IMG/VR virus record: IMGVR_UViG_3300042541_001760
Coordinates: 197,053 to 261,052 of that record
DNA length: 64,000 bases
Strand: one strand, 5' to 3'
In this document: positions 50,400-60,435 of the stretch, piece after piece
How positions within the stretch are numbered: the stretch's first letter is position 1
How the letters are laid out: each line of letters opens with the position of its first letter
Notes under the pieces: model-generated
Seen by the model: the letters and a program-made list of their open reading frames with translations, nothing else
Databases searched by the model: none
Told to the model about the DNA's origin: nothing
Program-made: the position numbers and the translations under genes

Positions 50400-52814
50400 T
50401 TAGGATGAACACCCAAAACAATCAACTAAACTACTGTCAGGTTTTGGTGGTAAATTCATTTTAGAGTAATCAATCTCAGGTAGTGGTTGATTAGTTTGAC
50501 TAATATCCACCGCTAAGTGTTTCGCTCCCGTTGATATCGCCTTTGTTCTAACATAATAACAAAGTGTCTTTAATCCTTTATCCCACCCGTGAAAGTGTGA
50601 TGTAGTAATTTTAGATACCGTTGGATTAGCCAAGTAGATATTCATTGATTGTGATTGGTCAATGAATGGTGCTCTATCGGCCGACATATCAATTAATTCT
50701 CTTTGTGATATCTCCCAAATTGTTTTGTATTTCTTAAGTAGATACTCAACTCGTTTAACCTTTTTAGAGTGATTCTTATCTTCAGGATCCAAATACTTAT
50801 TAAAGTTAATGTTTTGAATTGACCCCTCGTTCATAATGATTTCGTGTTTAACCGATTCGTTCCAAATACCCATCTTCTCAAAGTCATTGATAAGATACTT
50901 GTTAACAATCATAATCTCACCACCGACAACTCTACGATTAAATAATGCCGAGTGAGCCGGTTCTGTCATTTCAAATGACCCTGTGATTTTTGCCGATGAC
51001 GCTACAGGCATTTGTGCGGTATTTAAACTATTACAAACTCCATATGTTTTAACATCCTCTTTTAGTGAATCCCAATCCCATAATCCTGATACATCTTCGT
51101 TAGTTAATCCCCACATATCAAATTGGAAAATTCCTTTTGACATTGGTGACCCGTCAAAGTATTTGTATGGTTGATATTCACCAGTCTTACAAAGATTATT
51201 ACTTTCATAAACCGCTCCGTAATAGATTGTTTCAAATATCTCTTTGTTTAACTTCTTAGCCTCATCAGATGTGAACACATAATCCATTAGGAAAAATACA
51301 TCAGCAAGTCCTTGTGTTCCGATGGCAATGGCTCTTTGTTCCATACCACCTTTTAAACCCTTTTCAGTTGAGTAGTGATTGATATCAATAACTTTATTAA
51401 GTGCTCTGACAACCTTTCTTGTTTCGTGAAACAATAAATTAAAGTTAAATTTACCATCAATAATGAAGTTCTTTAGAATCATTGAAGATAGGGTACAGAT
51501 TGCGGTCGTATCTTCGTCCGTGTATTGATAAATCTCGTTACATAGATTGGATTGTTTAATAACCCCGATATTCTGATGGTTCGTCTTTCTGTTAGCACTA
51601 TCTTTTGAACATAGATAGGGAACTCCGGTCTCAATCTGAGATTCAATAATCTTATACCAAATACTCTGAGCGGTAACTTTCTTACCTAATCCCATTTCAA
51701 CCGCCTTGTTATAGTTCTCTTCATATTCTTCACCATAACATTCTTGTAGTGGTTTAATACCTGCTCTTTTAATGTCGTTAGGACAAAATAAATACCAATC
51801 GGAACTCTCTCTAACTGCTCTCATAAAGTTATCAGGAATCCAAAGTGCGGTGAATAAATCTCTCGCTCTTAATTCTTCTTGACCTGTGTTTTTCTTAATA
51901 TCCAATAGGTCAAAGATGTCTTTATGCCAAGGTTCAATGTAGATTGCGGCACTTCCAGGTCGTCTTCCTTGTTGGTTAAAGAATCTCAATGACTCATTAA
52001 CGATTTTAAGGTACTTAAGTAATCCACCCGCGAATCCACCTGATGATGAAATTCTACTTTCTTTAGACCGGATATTACTCATAGATAAACCAATACCTGC
52101 AGCGTCTGATGAGTATGTTGAGATGTCAGTTAATGTATTCAACAATCCACTTCTTGAATCACTATTGTTATAGTGTAACACACAAGATGCTAGTTGGGGA
52201 ACAATAGTTCCCGAATTAATCATAATCGGTGTTGCCGGTGATATTAGTTGTGTGGATAAAGAAAAATAGTAATTAACCGCTTCTTCAAATGATTTTGTAA
52301 CCCATAGAGCAACCCTCATATACATATGTTGTGGTCTCTCTAATACAATACCTTCAGAGTTCTTCAAAAGATACATTTCTTGTAGTGATCTCCAACCAAA
52401 ATAGTCAAAGTTATAATCATTGTCGTGACGAATAACCTCATCAATGTTTTCCGCTCCATAACTCTCAATGATTTCCATAAGTTTATCACTTACGATACCA
52501 TCTACGTGTAGGGTATGCATTGTGTTACAGAAACTTGGGTCAGTTTCTTTATGGTGTAAAGAGATAGCAATACTTGCCGCAAATCTACTATAGTCATAGT
52601 GACTACCAGTATATGAGGCGGATATCTCATAAATCAATTTATCCAATTCTTTAGTGGTAATCCTACCCTCCGTCGGAACAGAGGTTATGACCTTAATAAA
52701 GATTTCGTCAGAATTGACATTTAAAGATTTAGATGCTTTCTTAATCCTGTTATATATTTTTGAGGGGTTAAATGATGTTTCTTCCCCGTCTTTCTTAATA
52801 ATTGTTAGTGACAT
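50400..52814 (-). CDS. nrdA: Class Ia ribonucleotide reductase alpha subunit with ATP cone
   Basis: ATP cone, LASCVL, SNLCNEI, YYVR and C-terminal CFGC; no intein-sized insertion. Confidence 0.97.
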   Translation of the reverse strand: MSLTIIKKDGEETSFNPSKIYNRIKKASKSLNVNSDEIFIKVITSVPTEGRITTKELDKLIYEISASYTGSHYDYSRFAASIAISLHHKETDPSFCNTMHTLHVDGIVSDKLMEIIESYGAENIDEVIRHDNDYNFDYFGWRSLQEMYLLKNSEGIVLERPQHMYMRVALWVTKSFEEAVNYYFSLSTQLISPATPIMINSGTIVPQLASCVLHYNNSDSRSGLLNTLTDISTYSSDAAGIGLSMSNIRSKESRISSSGGFAGGLLKYLKIVNESLRFFNQQGRRPGSAAIYIEPWHKDIFDLLDIKKNTGQEELRARDLFTALWIPDNFMRAVRESSDWYLFCPNDIKRAGIKPLQECYGEEYEENYNKAVEMGLGKKVTAQSIWYKIIESQIETGVPYLCSKDSANRKTNHQNIGVIKQSNLCNEIYQYTDEDTTAICTLSSMILKNFIIDGKFNFNLLFHETRKVVRALNKVIDINHYSTEKGLKGGMEQRAIAIGTQGLADVFFLMDYVFTSDEAKKLNKEIFETIYYGAVYESNNLCKTGEYQPYKYFDGSPMSKGIFQFDMWGLTNEDVSGLWDWDSLKEDVKTYGVCNSLNTAQMPVASSAKITGSFEMTEPAHSALFNRRVVGGEIMIVNKYLINDFEKMGIWNESVKHEIIMNEGSIQNINFNKYLDPEDKNHSKKVKRVEYLLKKYKTIWEISQRELIDMSADRAPFIDQSQSMNIYLANPTVSKITTSHFHGWDKGLKTLCYYVRTKAISTGAKHLAVDISQTNQPLPEIDYSKMNLPPKPDSSLVDCFGCSS

Positions 52815-52825
52815 AGTTTTATTTT

Positions 52826-53773
52826 TTAAAAATCCTCATCAAATGAAATAGCCTCGTTTAATTTTGCCTTTTGATACTCAATAGTTCTACTTTCAAAGAA
52901 GTTACCTTTTGTTTCCACGGCAATTTGTTCCATAAACTTGAATGGTTGTTCTACATTAAAGTGTTTTTTACATCCAAGTTTCATTAATAGTTGGTCAACA
53001 ACAAACTCCAAATATTGTTTCATTAAGTTTTGATTCATACCAATTAACGATACAGGTAATGACTCAGTAATGAATTCCTTTTCAATTTCAAGCGCTGATA
53101 ATAGAATTTCTTTAATTCGTTTTTCGGAGATTTTATCGTCAATGTGTTTGTTGAACAAATGAATAGCGAAATCACAATGTAGGTTTTCGTCCTTAAAAAT
53201 CAAGGCATTTGCGTTACATAATCCTTGCATAATACCTCTTGATTTCATCCAAAATATAGAACAAAATGAACCTGAGAAAAATATACCCTCAACCGCCGCA
53301 AATGCTATCAATCTTTCTTGAAAAGATGCGTTATCAATCCAATCTAATGCCCATTTAGCCTTTTTCTGAACTGCCGGTAGAGTTTCAATTGCTCTGAAAC
53401 ATTCAAGTTTTTCATCGTGATCGGATATGTAAGTGTCAATCAATAACGAATACATTAGTGAGTGTATGTTCTCCATCGCCAACTGCATTCCGTAGAAGAA
53501 TTTAGCCTCAGGATACTGAACCTCTCTGTAGAAATTTTCCGCCAAGTTTTCATTAACGATACCATCAGAAGCCGCGAAAAACGATAATATGTTTTTTATG
53601 AAGTATTTTTCGTTATCTGATAATGATTCCCAATCACGGATATCACCACTCAAATCAATTTCTTCTGCCGTCCAAATGGCCGCTTGGTGTTGTTTATAAA
53701 ACTCCCAAATATCATCGTGTTCAATTGGGAAGATAACAAATCGGTGCGGGTTTGGTTGTAATATTTTTTCCAT
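52826..53773 (-). CDS. nrdB: Class Ia ribonucleotide reductase beta subunit
   Basis: [36 protein letters not shown]. Confidence 0.97.
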   Translation of the reverse strand: MEKILQPNPHRFVIFPIEHDDIWEFYKQHQAAIWTAEEIDLSGDIRDWESLSDNEKYFIKNILSFFAASDGIVNENLAENFYREVQYPEAKFFYGMQLAMENIHSLMYSLLIDTYISDHDEKLECFRAIETLPAVQKKAKWALDWIDNASFQERLIAFAAVEGIFFSGSFCSIFWMKSRGIMQGLCNANALIFKDENLHCDFAIHLFNKHIDDKISEKRIKEILLSALEIEKEFITESLPVSLIGMNQNLMKQYLEFVVDQLLMKLGCKKHFNVEQPFKFMEQIAVETKGNFFESRTIEYQKAKLNEAISFDEDF

Positions 53774-53775
53774 AA

Positions 53776-55164
53776 TTAATTTACTTTTTGTTGTTCTTTT
53801 TGTTTTCTTTTATCCATTAACTCATTAATCCTTTTTCTATTGTTCTCCTCTTTTTGTTCTTCGTGACCTAAGAACGTAACAGAACTTTCGGTGTCAATCT
53901 CCAACATACCATTGTCAAACTTACAATTTTCAAATACGATTCCATCGTCCCCGATTCTTGATTTTGTAATGGCGATTGTTGCCAATTTCATCTCTTTTTG
54001 TGTTAGTGACTTAGCGACAGATATAATAACGTGACCAACTTGAGCCTTCTTAATTGACCCACCCATTTGGTCTGTTGTTACAACCTCAGATGAAATTGAC
54101 GAACGATTACCTTGTGTTGCCGTCCAACCAACTAAATCCAACTCGTGACACATTGATTCAAACCCTCTCATTACAGATCCTTCACTTTTCCACTCATCTT
54201 GGTGTGAATTGTTTTCAGGTAAAACACAATCAATATAATCTAATAATATCATATCAACCTTTTGTCCGTCAGCAATCATTTTTCTAACTCTATTTTTAAT
54301 CTGATTCATTGTTAGAGAATCCGATGATTCTTTTTGAAGAATCAATTTGTTAGACATATTATTTTCAATTTCCTTAACCTTAGTAATAACCTCTTCTTTT
54401 CTAAGTGATAAATCGTCAGGGTGAATCTTAGTCCATAGTGTGAAGTGTTTTCGTTGGATAATCTTTGGGTTGTCCTCAAAGAATATCTGTAAAACGTTGT
54501 TACCTAAATTGAATGCGTGGTTCGCAATCTTTGTAAGTAGGGTACTCTTACCGACACCTGTTGGTGCTAAAATTACCCCAATCTCACCTCTTGCCAATCC
54601 ACCCTTTAATAGTTTGTCAATTCCCGGTATTCCCATTGGGATGGGGTGTCTGTAATCCTCATTTAGAACGTCATCTAAATTAGAGAATACATCCATTACA
54701 CCACCCTCAACTTCACCTACTTGTAGTGCTCCTCTGAATAACTCTTCAATAGAATCGTAACTCTCAAATTCACCTCCGTCAATTATCTTTTGTGCCTTAA
54801 CCATCGCCTTTTGAACCTCCTGTTGTTTACAGAATTTCAAGGCTTTCTCTTGAACGAAATCACCACCTTCAAATGGAGCATCTTGGACTTTCTTAATAGT
54901 GTCTATTACTACCTTAGCAACCACTTCTTGAGGTAGTTCTGAACGTGTAATTTGGTTTAATGTCTCAAATGAAGGTGTGTTCTGGTATTTTGAATAGTAC
55001 TCCTTGACCATCTGTATGATGATTTTAAAGTATTTATTCTCAAAATAGTTGGGTTCTATTACATCAATAATTGAATGGGCGAATAGTTTATCTACCACAA
55101 TCTGATTTAATAATTGTATCTGAAATGATTGCCCTAAATAATCAAAATTTTTCTCTGTCGCCAT
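53776..55164 (-). CDS. Replicative DnaB/gp41-like helicase
   Basis: Walker [28 protein letters not shown]. Confidence 0.93.
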   Translation of the reverse strand: MATEKNFDYLGQSFQIQLLNQIVVDKLFAHSIIDVIEPNYFENKYFKIIIQMVKEYYSKYQNTPSFETLNQITRSELPQEVVAKVVIDTIKKVQDAPFEGGDFVQEKALKFCKQQEVQKAMVKAQKIIDGGEFESYDSIEELFRGALQVGEVEGGVMDVFSNLDDVLNEDYRHPIPMGIPGIDKLLKGGLARGEIGVILAPTGVGKSTLLTKIANHAFNLGNNVLQIFFEDNPKIIQRKHFTLWTKIHPDDLSLRKEEVITKVKEIENNMSNKLILQKESSDSLTMNQIKNRVRKMIADGQKVDMILLDYIDCVLPENNSHQDEWKSEGSVMRGFESMCHELDLVGWTATQGNRSSISSEVVTTDQMGGSIKKAQVGHVIISVAKSLTQKEMKLATIAITKSRIGDDGIVFENCKFDNGMLEIDTESSVTFLGHEEQKEENNRKRINELMDKRKQKEQQKVN

Positions 55165-55193
55165 AATTAATTTGTTAATGTATTGAATAAATA

Positions 55194-55646
55194 TTACCCT
55201 TCTAAGTTATAATCCATATATTCGTAACTTAAATTTTTTTCCGAAAAAATCTCGGTTAGAGAGTTCAATAGACCCTTTAATTGGGGACGAACATCTACTG
55301 TGTATCGCACTTTTGGTGGATAAACCTTCGCGTCAATCTCGCGATTATACATAACACTATCACCATTTTTAATCGTTAGTGTGAACTTCTCAGGTCCGTC
55401 AGTGATTGATGTTTCCATAACCATCGGGTTCTCATAAATTTCAAACTGATTCTCCATCATATACACAACGGATTTGGTTCTCAATCGGTCTTTGAATTCT
55501 CTAACGAAGTAACTAACGTACTCGTGTAACTCCATAGAGTTCTTTGCCTTGGGGTTATACCCTTTCACGTTAAAAAATCGTTGTACAATGATGTTTTCGT
55601 TCACTTTCAATAGGAACTCAAGTTTGGTTGATTCTTGCTCTTTCAT
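55194..55646 (-). CDS. Hypothetical protein
   Basis: 150-aa ORF in the replication operon. Confidence 0.7.
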   Translation of the reverse strand: MKEQESTKLEFLLKVNENIIVQRFFNVKGYNPKAKNSMELHEYVSYFVREFKDRLRTKSVVYMMENQFEIYENPMVMETSITDGPEKFTLTIKNGDSVMYNREIDAKVYPPKVRYTVDVRPQLKGLLNSLTEIFSEKNLSYEYMDYNLEG

Positions 55647-55668
55647 AATTTAATTTATTTAATATTTG

Positions 55669-56346
55669 TTACTTTGTTTTTGGTTTTACAATTTCATCAA
55701 TTATTCCGTATTCTAAACTTTCTTCCGCTGACAACCATAGGTCACGACTTGCGTCTTCCATTACTTGTTTAGCATCTTTACCACAATATCCACCCAAAAG
55801 TTCAAAAAGGATGTTGTTTGTTTTTTCCCACTCAACCATTGAGATACGAGCGTCTTGGATATTACCTTCTAATCCACCACTTGATTGGTGTAACATTGTT
55901 CGTGAGAATCTCAATGATGATCTCATTCCCTTTGTTCCTGCTCCCAACAATACTGAACCCATTGATGCCGCCATCCCTGTGTTGATTGTCGCAATTGGTG
56001 CGGTAATATATTCCATAACATCAACCATACTCAATCCTGCCTTAACAGACCCACCAGGCGAATCAATGTGCATTGTAATTGGTTTCTTTGGGTCTTGTTG
56101 ATCTAAGAATAGAAGTTGTGCTTGGACGATTGTTGACATATGGTCATTAACAGTTCCTGCTACCCAAAGGATACGATCCATCATCAATCTTGAAAAGATA
56201 TCAATTTGTGTTGCTCGTAACTCTCGTTCCTCCAAAATATATGGAGTCATACTACTTTTAACTCCTGATTGGAATTTTTGGTATTGGTGTAATGTGTTTG
56301 AACCGATACCTTTACCTTTAATGGCATATTTTTCAAATTCTGTCAT
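55669..56346 (-). CDS. clpP: ClpP protease subunit
   Basis: IDSPGGSV, catalytic AASMG, MLHQ, RDLWLSAEE. Confidence 0.96.
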   Translation of the reverse strand: MTEFEKYAIKGKGIGSNTLHQYQKFQSGVKSSMTPYILEERELRATQIDIFSRLMMDRILWVAGTVNDHMSTIVQAQLLFLDQQDPKKPITMHIDSPGGSVKAGLSMVDVMEYITAPIATINTGMAASMGSVLLGAGTKGMRSSLRFSRTMLHQSSGGLEGNIQDARISMVEWEKTNNILFELLGGYCGKDAKQVMEDASRDLWLSAEESLEYGIIDEIVKPKTK

Positions 56347-56347
56347 A

Positions 56348-57355
56348 CTATTTTTTTTCGTTTTTAAATTTTTGTTTTTCTTTTCTCGTTAGTTTCATTA
56401 TTGGTCTTAGGAACTCAACCCAAGCATCGTCTTTCTTTGGTAGGTATTTAAATATACCATCTTCATTCATCATCTTGATTAAGTTCTTGTAACCCCTTCC
56501 GTCGGGGTCTAATGACTCTCTATAGAATTCCTCTACGATCGTCTTTCCCTCGTCAGTAATGAGGGGTTTAGATAGGTCTATTATTTTTTCATTAACTTGG
56601 AAGTATTCGTTACCATAAACTCCTCTTTTTGTTCTACCACTTAATAGGTTTTTTAAAACTGCGTTGTCCTTATCTTCGGTTAAAAGCTTTTCAGCCTTTT
56701 CCAAAATATCGGTAAAGGAAGTTGGATTTTCAAGTATCTCAGGAAATAATTTAACTAATGTTTTCTCCCCAAGATAGAATATACCGTCAATATTATCCGA
56801 AGAATCTCCAGTTAAGATTTTACAGGTTTTGATATTGTAATGGGGGAACTCTATGTCTTTATTTTTAATCATATCTCCGAACTTGTGTATCTTCTTTGTG
56901 GAAGGCGAATATACACAAATATTTTCAGATATCAGTTGAGTTAAGTCCCGATCTGATGAAAAAATCACTTTATTTTCATCGGGTGATATTTGACAATAGT
57001 AAGCGATTAAGTCATCTGACTCATTATCATTCATCTCAACTTGACGAACAAACATCTCCTCAAGATATTGCTTAACACGTTGTTTTTGGTAGTTAAACGA
57101 ATTCTCCTTTAACTCGTCAGGTTCAGGTCTGTGTTGTTTGTATTGGGGGTATAGTAATTTCCTAACAGATGAGTTGTCCTCACCATCCCAAAACACAACT
57201 ACCTTATCAAGGTTATGTCTCTCAATAAACTTACTCAACGTATTGAGGAAATGATATATTCCCCCAATATGTTGACCTTTATGGTAGAAGTCCTTTACTC
57301 CGTGAAAGCCGATTTTTAGTAAATTATTACCATCAACCAAAAGTGTTTTTATCAC
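56348..57355 (-). CDS. 5'-3' exonuclease / T4 RNase H-like flap nuclease
   Basis: LLVDGNNL, YKQHR, ESDDLIA, SDRDLTQL, GDSSDNIDGI. Confidence 0.93.
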   Translation of the reverse strand: MIKTLLVDGNNLLKIGFHGVKDFYHKGQHIGGIYHFLNTLSKFIERHNLDKVVVFWDGEDNSSVRKLLYPQYKQHRPEPDELKENSFNYQKQRVKQYLEEMFVRQVEMNDNESDDLIAYYCQISPDENKVIFSSDRDLTQLISENICVYSPSTKKIHKFGDMIKNKDIEFPHYNIKTCKILTGDSSDNIDGIFYLGEKTLVKLFPEILENPTSFTDILEKAEKLLTEDKDNAVLKNLLSGRTKRGVYGNEYFQVNEKIIDLSKPLITDEGKTIVEEFYRESLDPDGRGYKNLIKMMNEDGIFKYLPKKDDAWVEFLRPIMKLTRKEKQKFKNEKK

Positions 57356-57394
57356 TTAATTGTTTTTAAATTGTTTGTAAAAAATTCTTGATGA

Positions 57395-58381
57395 TTATTC
57401 ATCAATTTCTGATTCGGATTCATCTATTAAGATTTCACCCGTTCCTGAAAGTATTGCGTTCCAATAAAGTGAGTATTGTTTCTTATATTGTTCCAACGCT
57501 TCTTTCGTATCACTAATATAACCTTGTGGTACTGCGATAATCTTACCATCTTTGTAACCCAAACCATTTACGTGATTTTTGATAATAGATACTTTGGTTC
57601 TGATTGCGTATGATACGGTTCTTCCGTTTTTAGTTGCCGTAATGTGATTAATACCCGCCTTCTTTTGATTACCGAATAAGAATACTAATGAAGATGCTAA
57701 CCAAAGTGCCTCCCCACCTTTTGCTTTAATCTCAGGTTGTCCGAAAGGATTATCGGGTAGGTCTACCCAAGGTTGGTTAACCACTACCATAGTGTTGTAA
57801 TATGGATAATCTTCTTTCTTTGACTTTGAGATTCTTGAATGGATTCCCATCCCAATCTTATCGGCAAGTGCCGAGGCGTTATGCATTTTCCCACCTTTTC
57901 CTTCAAAAGTCATCTTACAAGGAATAGAACCTACTGAATCCCATAGGAACAATAAGTTATAGGGTATTTTACCTTTTTCTTGTTCGTCCAACATTTCGTT
58001 AATGAAGTCCGTCGCTTGTTCAATATAATCAAAACTATCGTTAAATATGAAATCTCCGTCCCATTCTCCGTCACTATTCTTTTCCGCCGATAATCCTAAT
58101 TCAATGGCATGTTCCCAAGACCATTTCTTTTCTGTGATAATAAAAACGGGAATATCCCCTTTTCTTTGAGCATCCGCTCCGGCCAAAATCATTGCGGTAG
58201 TTTTAGATGAATTTGAGTGACCCAAAAACATATTGATACCACCCATGACAGGACCCGGTAATCCACAAGCCTCCATAAAAGCATCCCCACAATTATAATA
58301 ACTTTCGGGTTTATATTTTGTTTTAGTGGAAAACTTATCTTTAATAGAGCCTAACCCTATTTCTTTTTTTTTAAGTGCCAT
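57395..58381 (-). CDS. RecA/UvsX-like recombinase with atypical P-loop
   Basis: GHSNSSKTT, WDSVGS, VVNQ, KGGEALWLASSL, KNHV. Confidence 0.88.
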   Translation of the reverse strand: MALKKKEIGLGSIKDKFSTKTKYKPESYYNCGDAFMEACGLPGPVMGGINMFLGHSNSSKTTAMILAGADAQRKGDIPVFIITEKKWSWEHAIELGLSAEKNSDGEWDGDFIFNDSFDYIEQATDFINEMLDEQEKGKIPYNLLFLWDSVGSIPCKMTFEGKGGKMHNASALADKIGMGIHSRISKSKKEDYPYYNTMVVVNQPWVDLPDNPFGQPEIKAKGGEALWLASSLVFLFGNQKKAGINHITATKNGRTVSYAIRTKVSIIKNHVNGLGYKDGKIIAVPQGYISDTKEALEQYKKQYSLYWNAILSGTGEILIDESESEIDE

Positions 58382-58383
58382 AT

Positions 58384-58602
58384 TTAAATTTCGTATTTAT
58401 AGAACTGTTCCAAGTTTTCAAGTTTACCTTGGGCGTTTGCTCGTTTTTCAATTAATTTATCCATTTCTTCAATATGTTGTGGATGTTCTCCAATACCAAC
58501 TGGGTTGTGAAAATAAATGAGTAATGAAGTTTCTGATTCCAACATTTCGCTCTCATATTTCTTTTTAAGAGCCTCATACATTTTGTTTTTAATTTTGTCC
58601 AT
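58384..58602 (-). CDS. Small conserved phage protein
   Basis: NPVGIGEHPQHIEEMDKLIE, 72 aa. Confidence 0.7.
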   Translation of the reverse strand: MDKIKNKMYEALKKKYESEMLESETSLLIYFHNPVGIGEHPQHIEEMDKLIEKRANAQGKLENLEQFYKYEI

Positions 58603-58631
58603 GTAGATTAATAAATATTGTTTTTAAATTT

Positions 58632-58664
58632 AAAAAGGGTGAAGATATTTACATCCCCACCCTT
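58632..58664 (-). terminator. Probable terminator after the SSB gene
   Basis: AAGGGTG...CACCCTT stem with a T run on the minus strand. Confidence 0.55.
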
Positions 58665-58673
58665 AGTGTAATG

Positions 58674-59549
58674 TTAGAATGGCATGTCCTCGTCGGGTGC
58701 CGACTCTGCCTGTGGGTCAGGAGTTTTCTCCACTTTACCACTTGATGATTTTGATTTACCTCCGATTACTGTTTCATCCACGGTAGAATCACTATAAGCG
58801 TATTTACCTGCGTCTGAGTCCCATCTTGGAGTTTCTCCACGAGCAATCGCTTCAAGATACTCTACGGGTTTTTTAGAATAAACGTCAGCCCAAGTTAGTT
58901 CGTCTTCAACCCAAGATTTAAGGGTATCTTCGTTATCACTAATAGGTTGTGGGTCGTCATACATAACCGCTTGGATTACCGTGTAATAAGAACCATTGTT
59001 TGTCTTTGACTTTGTTAGTTCAAGAATCAAATCTCTACCTTTTTGTGGGTCTGTAACATCACCTTTTGCTCTCCAAATTGGAATGATTTTGTCAAGGATA
59101 CCCTCTTTTTTGTAGTTGTGTTTGAAACGCCAGAATTTAACTCCGTCCTGCTCTGCGTCTCGGTCAATTACCTTTACAATGTAAAACATACGAGATCGGT
59201 AGTTACCCGCCAATTTCTTATCCGCTTCTTTACCTGTTGACATAAGGTCTTCAAAAACCTCGTTAAGTGGTGATCTTTCGTTGTCGTTTTTTCCTGGATC
59301 GTAAAGTTTAATCCATTTACCGTCAACTTGAACTTCGTGAAACCATACTTCTTTGAAAGGTGATGACCCGTCAGCGGTTGGTAGGATACGAATTCGTTTT
59401 TGTCCTTGTTTTTCTTTATCGCTTAGAATTGCCGCGAAATACTTCTTCATTCTATCATCTTGTGACATCTTTGATGTTGAAGATGAGCTTGATTTTTGTG
59501 TCTGTTCGTACTGTGCCAGTACCGCATCCATAGTGTTTGTTGTCGCCAT
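58674..59549 (-). CDS. gp32-like single-stranded DNA-binding protein
   Basis: IRILP, EVWFH, YIVKVIDRD, KGRDL and an acidic tail ending DEDMPF. Confidence 0.85.
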   Translation of the reverse strand: MATTNTMDAVLAQYEQTQKSSSSSTSKMSQDDRMKKYFAAILSDKEKQGQKRIRILPTADGSSPFKEVWFHEVQVDGKWIKLYDPGKNDNERSPLNEVFEDLMSTGKEADKKLAGNYRSRMFYIVKVIDRDAEQDGVKFWRFKHNYKKEGILDKIIPIWRAKGDVTDPQKGRDLILELTKSKTNNGSYYTVIQAVMYDDPQPISDNEDTLKSWVEDELTWADVYSKKPVEYLEAIARGETPRWDSDAGKYAYSDSTVDETVIGGKSKSSSGKVEKTPDPQAESAPDEDMPF

Positions 59550-59584
59550 AAATTATTATTTTTATTTGTTTAAAGTGTTACTCA

Positions 59585-59612
59585 ATTATAGGTGATTTTG
59601 TGAATTTGTCAA
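59585..59612 (-). promoter_or_regulatory. Consensus sigma70-type promoter TTGACA-N16-TATAAT upstream of SSB
   Basis: Both hexamers are exact on the minus strand, 35 nt upstream of the ATG. Confidence 0.7.
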
Positions 59613-59615
59613 ACG

Positions 59616-59649
59616 AAAAAGGGTATGAATTTTTAGTTTCATACCCTTT
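59616..59649 (-). terminator. Intrinsic terminator closing the paralogue array
   Basis: Perfect 12-bp stem AAAGGGTATGAA/TTCATACCCTTT with an 8-nt loop and T run. Confidence 0.85.
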
Positions 59650-59712
59650 AATTATAGTGATATATTTTTAATTAATCTAATGTTTTAATCCTCTTCCAAT
59701 CCTAAACGATGA

Positions 59713-60024
59713 TTATTGCCGAGAATCAAGTGGCATCACTCCCCTTAAATCATAAGACTTATCCAACCAATGTCCTAAAATTGATTTAGTTTCACGGGGC
59801 TTAAGACGAAATAACAATTCAAGTATTAACCAAATACGACCATAATCAATAAAAACCCATTCATTTTCTTTATCATATTCCATAACCATATTATCATTGG
59901 AATCAACATATAATATTAAGTTAGGATAACCTTTATGTTTTTTTAATGTTAAGTTACCATAGTGTATATTTAGCCACTTGATAACTACTCTTTCTAACTG
60001 ATTTTTATTTACCTGTATGTCCAT
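59713..60024 (-). CDS. Array paralogue 4 (103 aa)
   Basis: MDIQVNKNQLERVVIKWL...WLDKSYDLRGVMP plus a variable tail. Confidence 0.85.
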   Translation of the reverse strand: MDIQVNKNQLERVVIKWLNIHYGNLTLKKHKGYPNLILYVDSNDNMVMEYDKENEWVFIDYGRIWLILELLFRLKPRETKSILGHWLDKSYDLRGVMPLDSRQ

Positions 60025-60033
60025 AAGTTAATC

Positions 60034-60175
60034 CTCTTCCAACTAAATTCACACTTTTAATATTTGCTTGTATGGTGTTACTCCCTCTAATTTGTAAGAC
60101 TCTTCCAACGGTGCTTAATACACCTGAAATTGCTTGAAGGGTGTTACTCCCTCTAATTTGTAAGACTCTTCCAAC
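60034..60175 (-). repeat. CRISPR-like mini-array: two identical 36-nt repeats plus a partial third, 30-nt spacers
   Basis: GTTGGAAGAGTCTTACAAATTAGAGGGAGTAACACC at 60140-60175 and 60074-60109; GTTGGAAGAG again at 60034-60043; spacers 60110-60139 and 60044-60073. The repeat is certain; CRISPR function is not shown. Confidence 0.95.
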
Positions 60176-60432
60176 CAAACCTTAATAATTGATTGAGTAT
60201 CTCTGTAGTTAAGATAAAATAGTGATTCAATTTTTAACCAAATTTGACCATAATTAATATAAACACGCTCAGTTTTCTTATCGTATTCCATCATAACTTC
60301 ATTACTTGGATTAACGTAAAATACTGAGTTAACGTAACCATTACGCTTCTTTGGTGTTAAGTTACCAAAGTGTTTATCTAGCCACTTGATAACTACTCTT
60401 TCTAACTGATGTTTATTCACCTGTATGTTCAT
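60115..60432 (-). CDS. Array paralogue 3 (105 aa)
   Basis: MNIQVNKHQLERVVIKWL...WLEESYKLEGVTP plus a variable tail. Confidence 0.85.
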   Translation of the reverse strand: MNIQVNKHQLERVVIKWLDKHFGNLTPKKRNGYVNSVFYVNPSNEVMMEYDKKTERVYINYGQIWLKIESLFYLNYRDTQSIIKVWLEESYKLEGVTPFKQFQVY

Positions 60433-60435
60433 AAG

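Noticed and set aside
50400-58381. Inteins, introns or homing endonucleases in nrdA, helicase or recA
   Set aside because: Protein lengths are normal and motifs are contiguous.
60034-60175. Calling this a bona fide CRISPR array
   Set aside because: Only two full repeats, overlapping coding sequence, with weak palindromy and no cas genes, leader or tracrRNA seen in the window. Kept as CRISPR-like.
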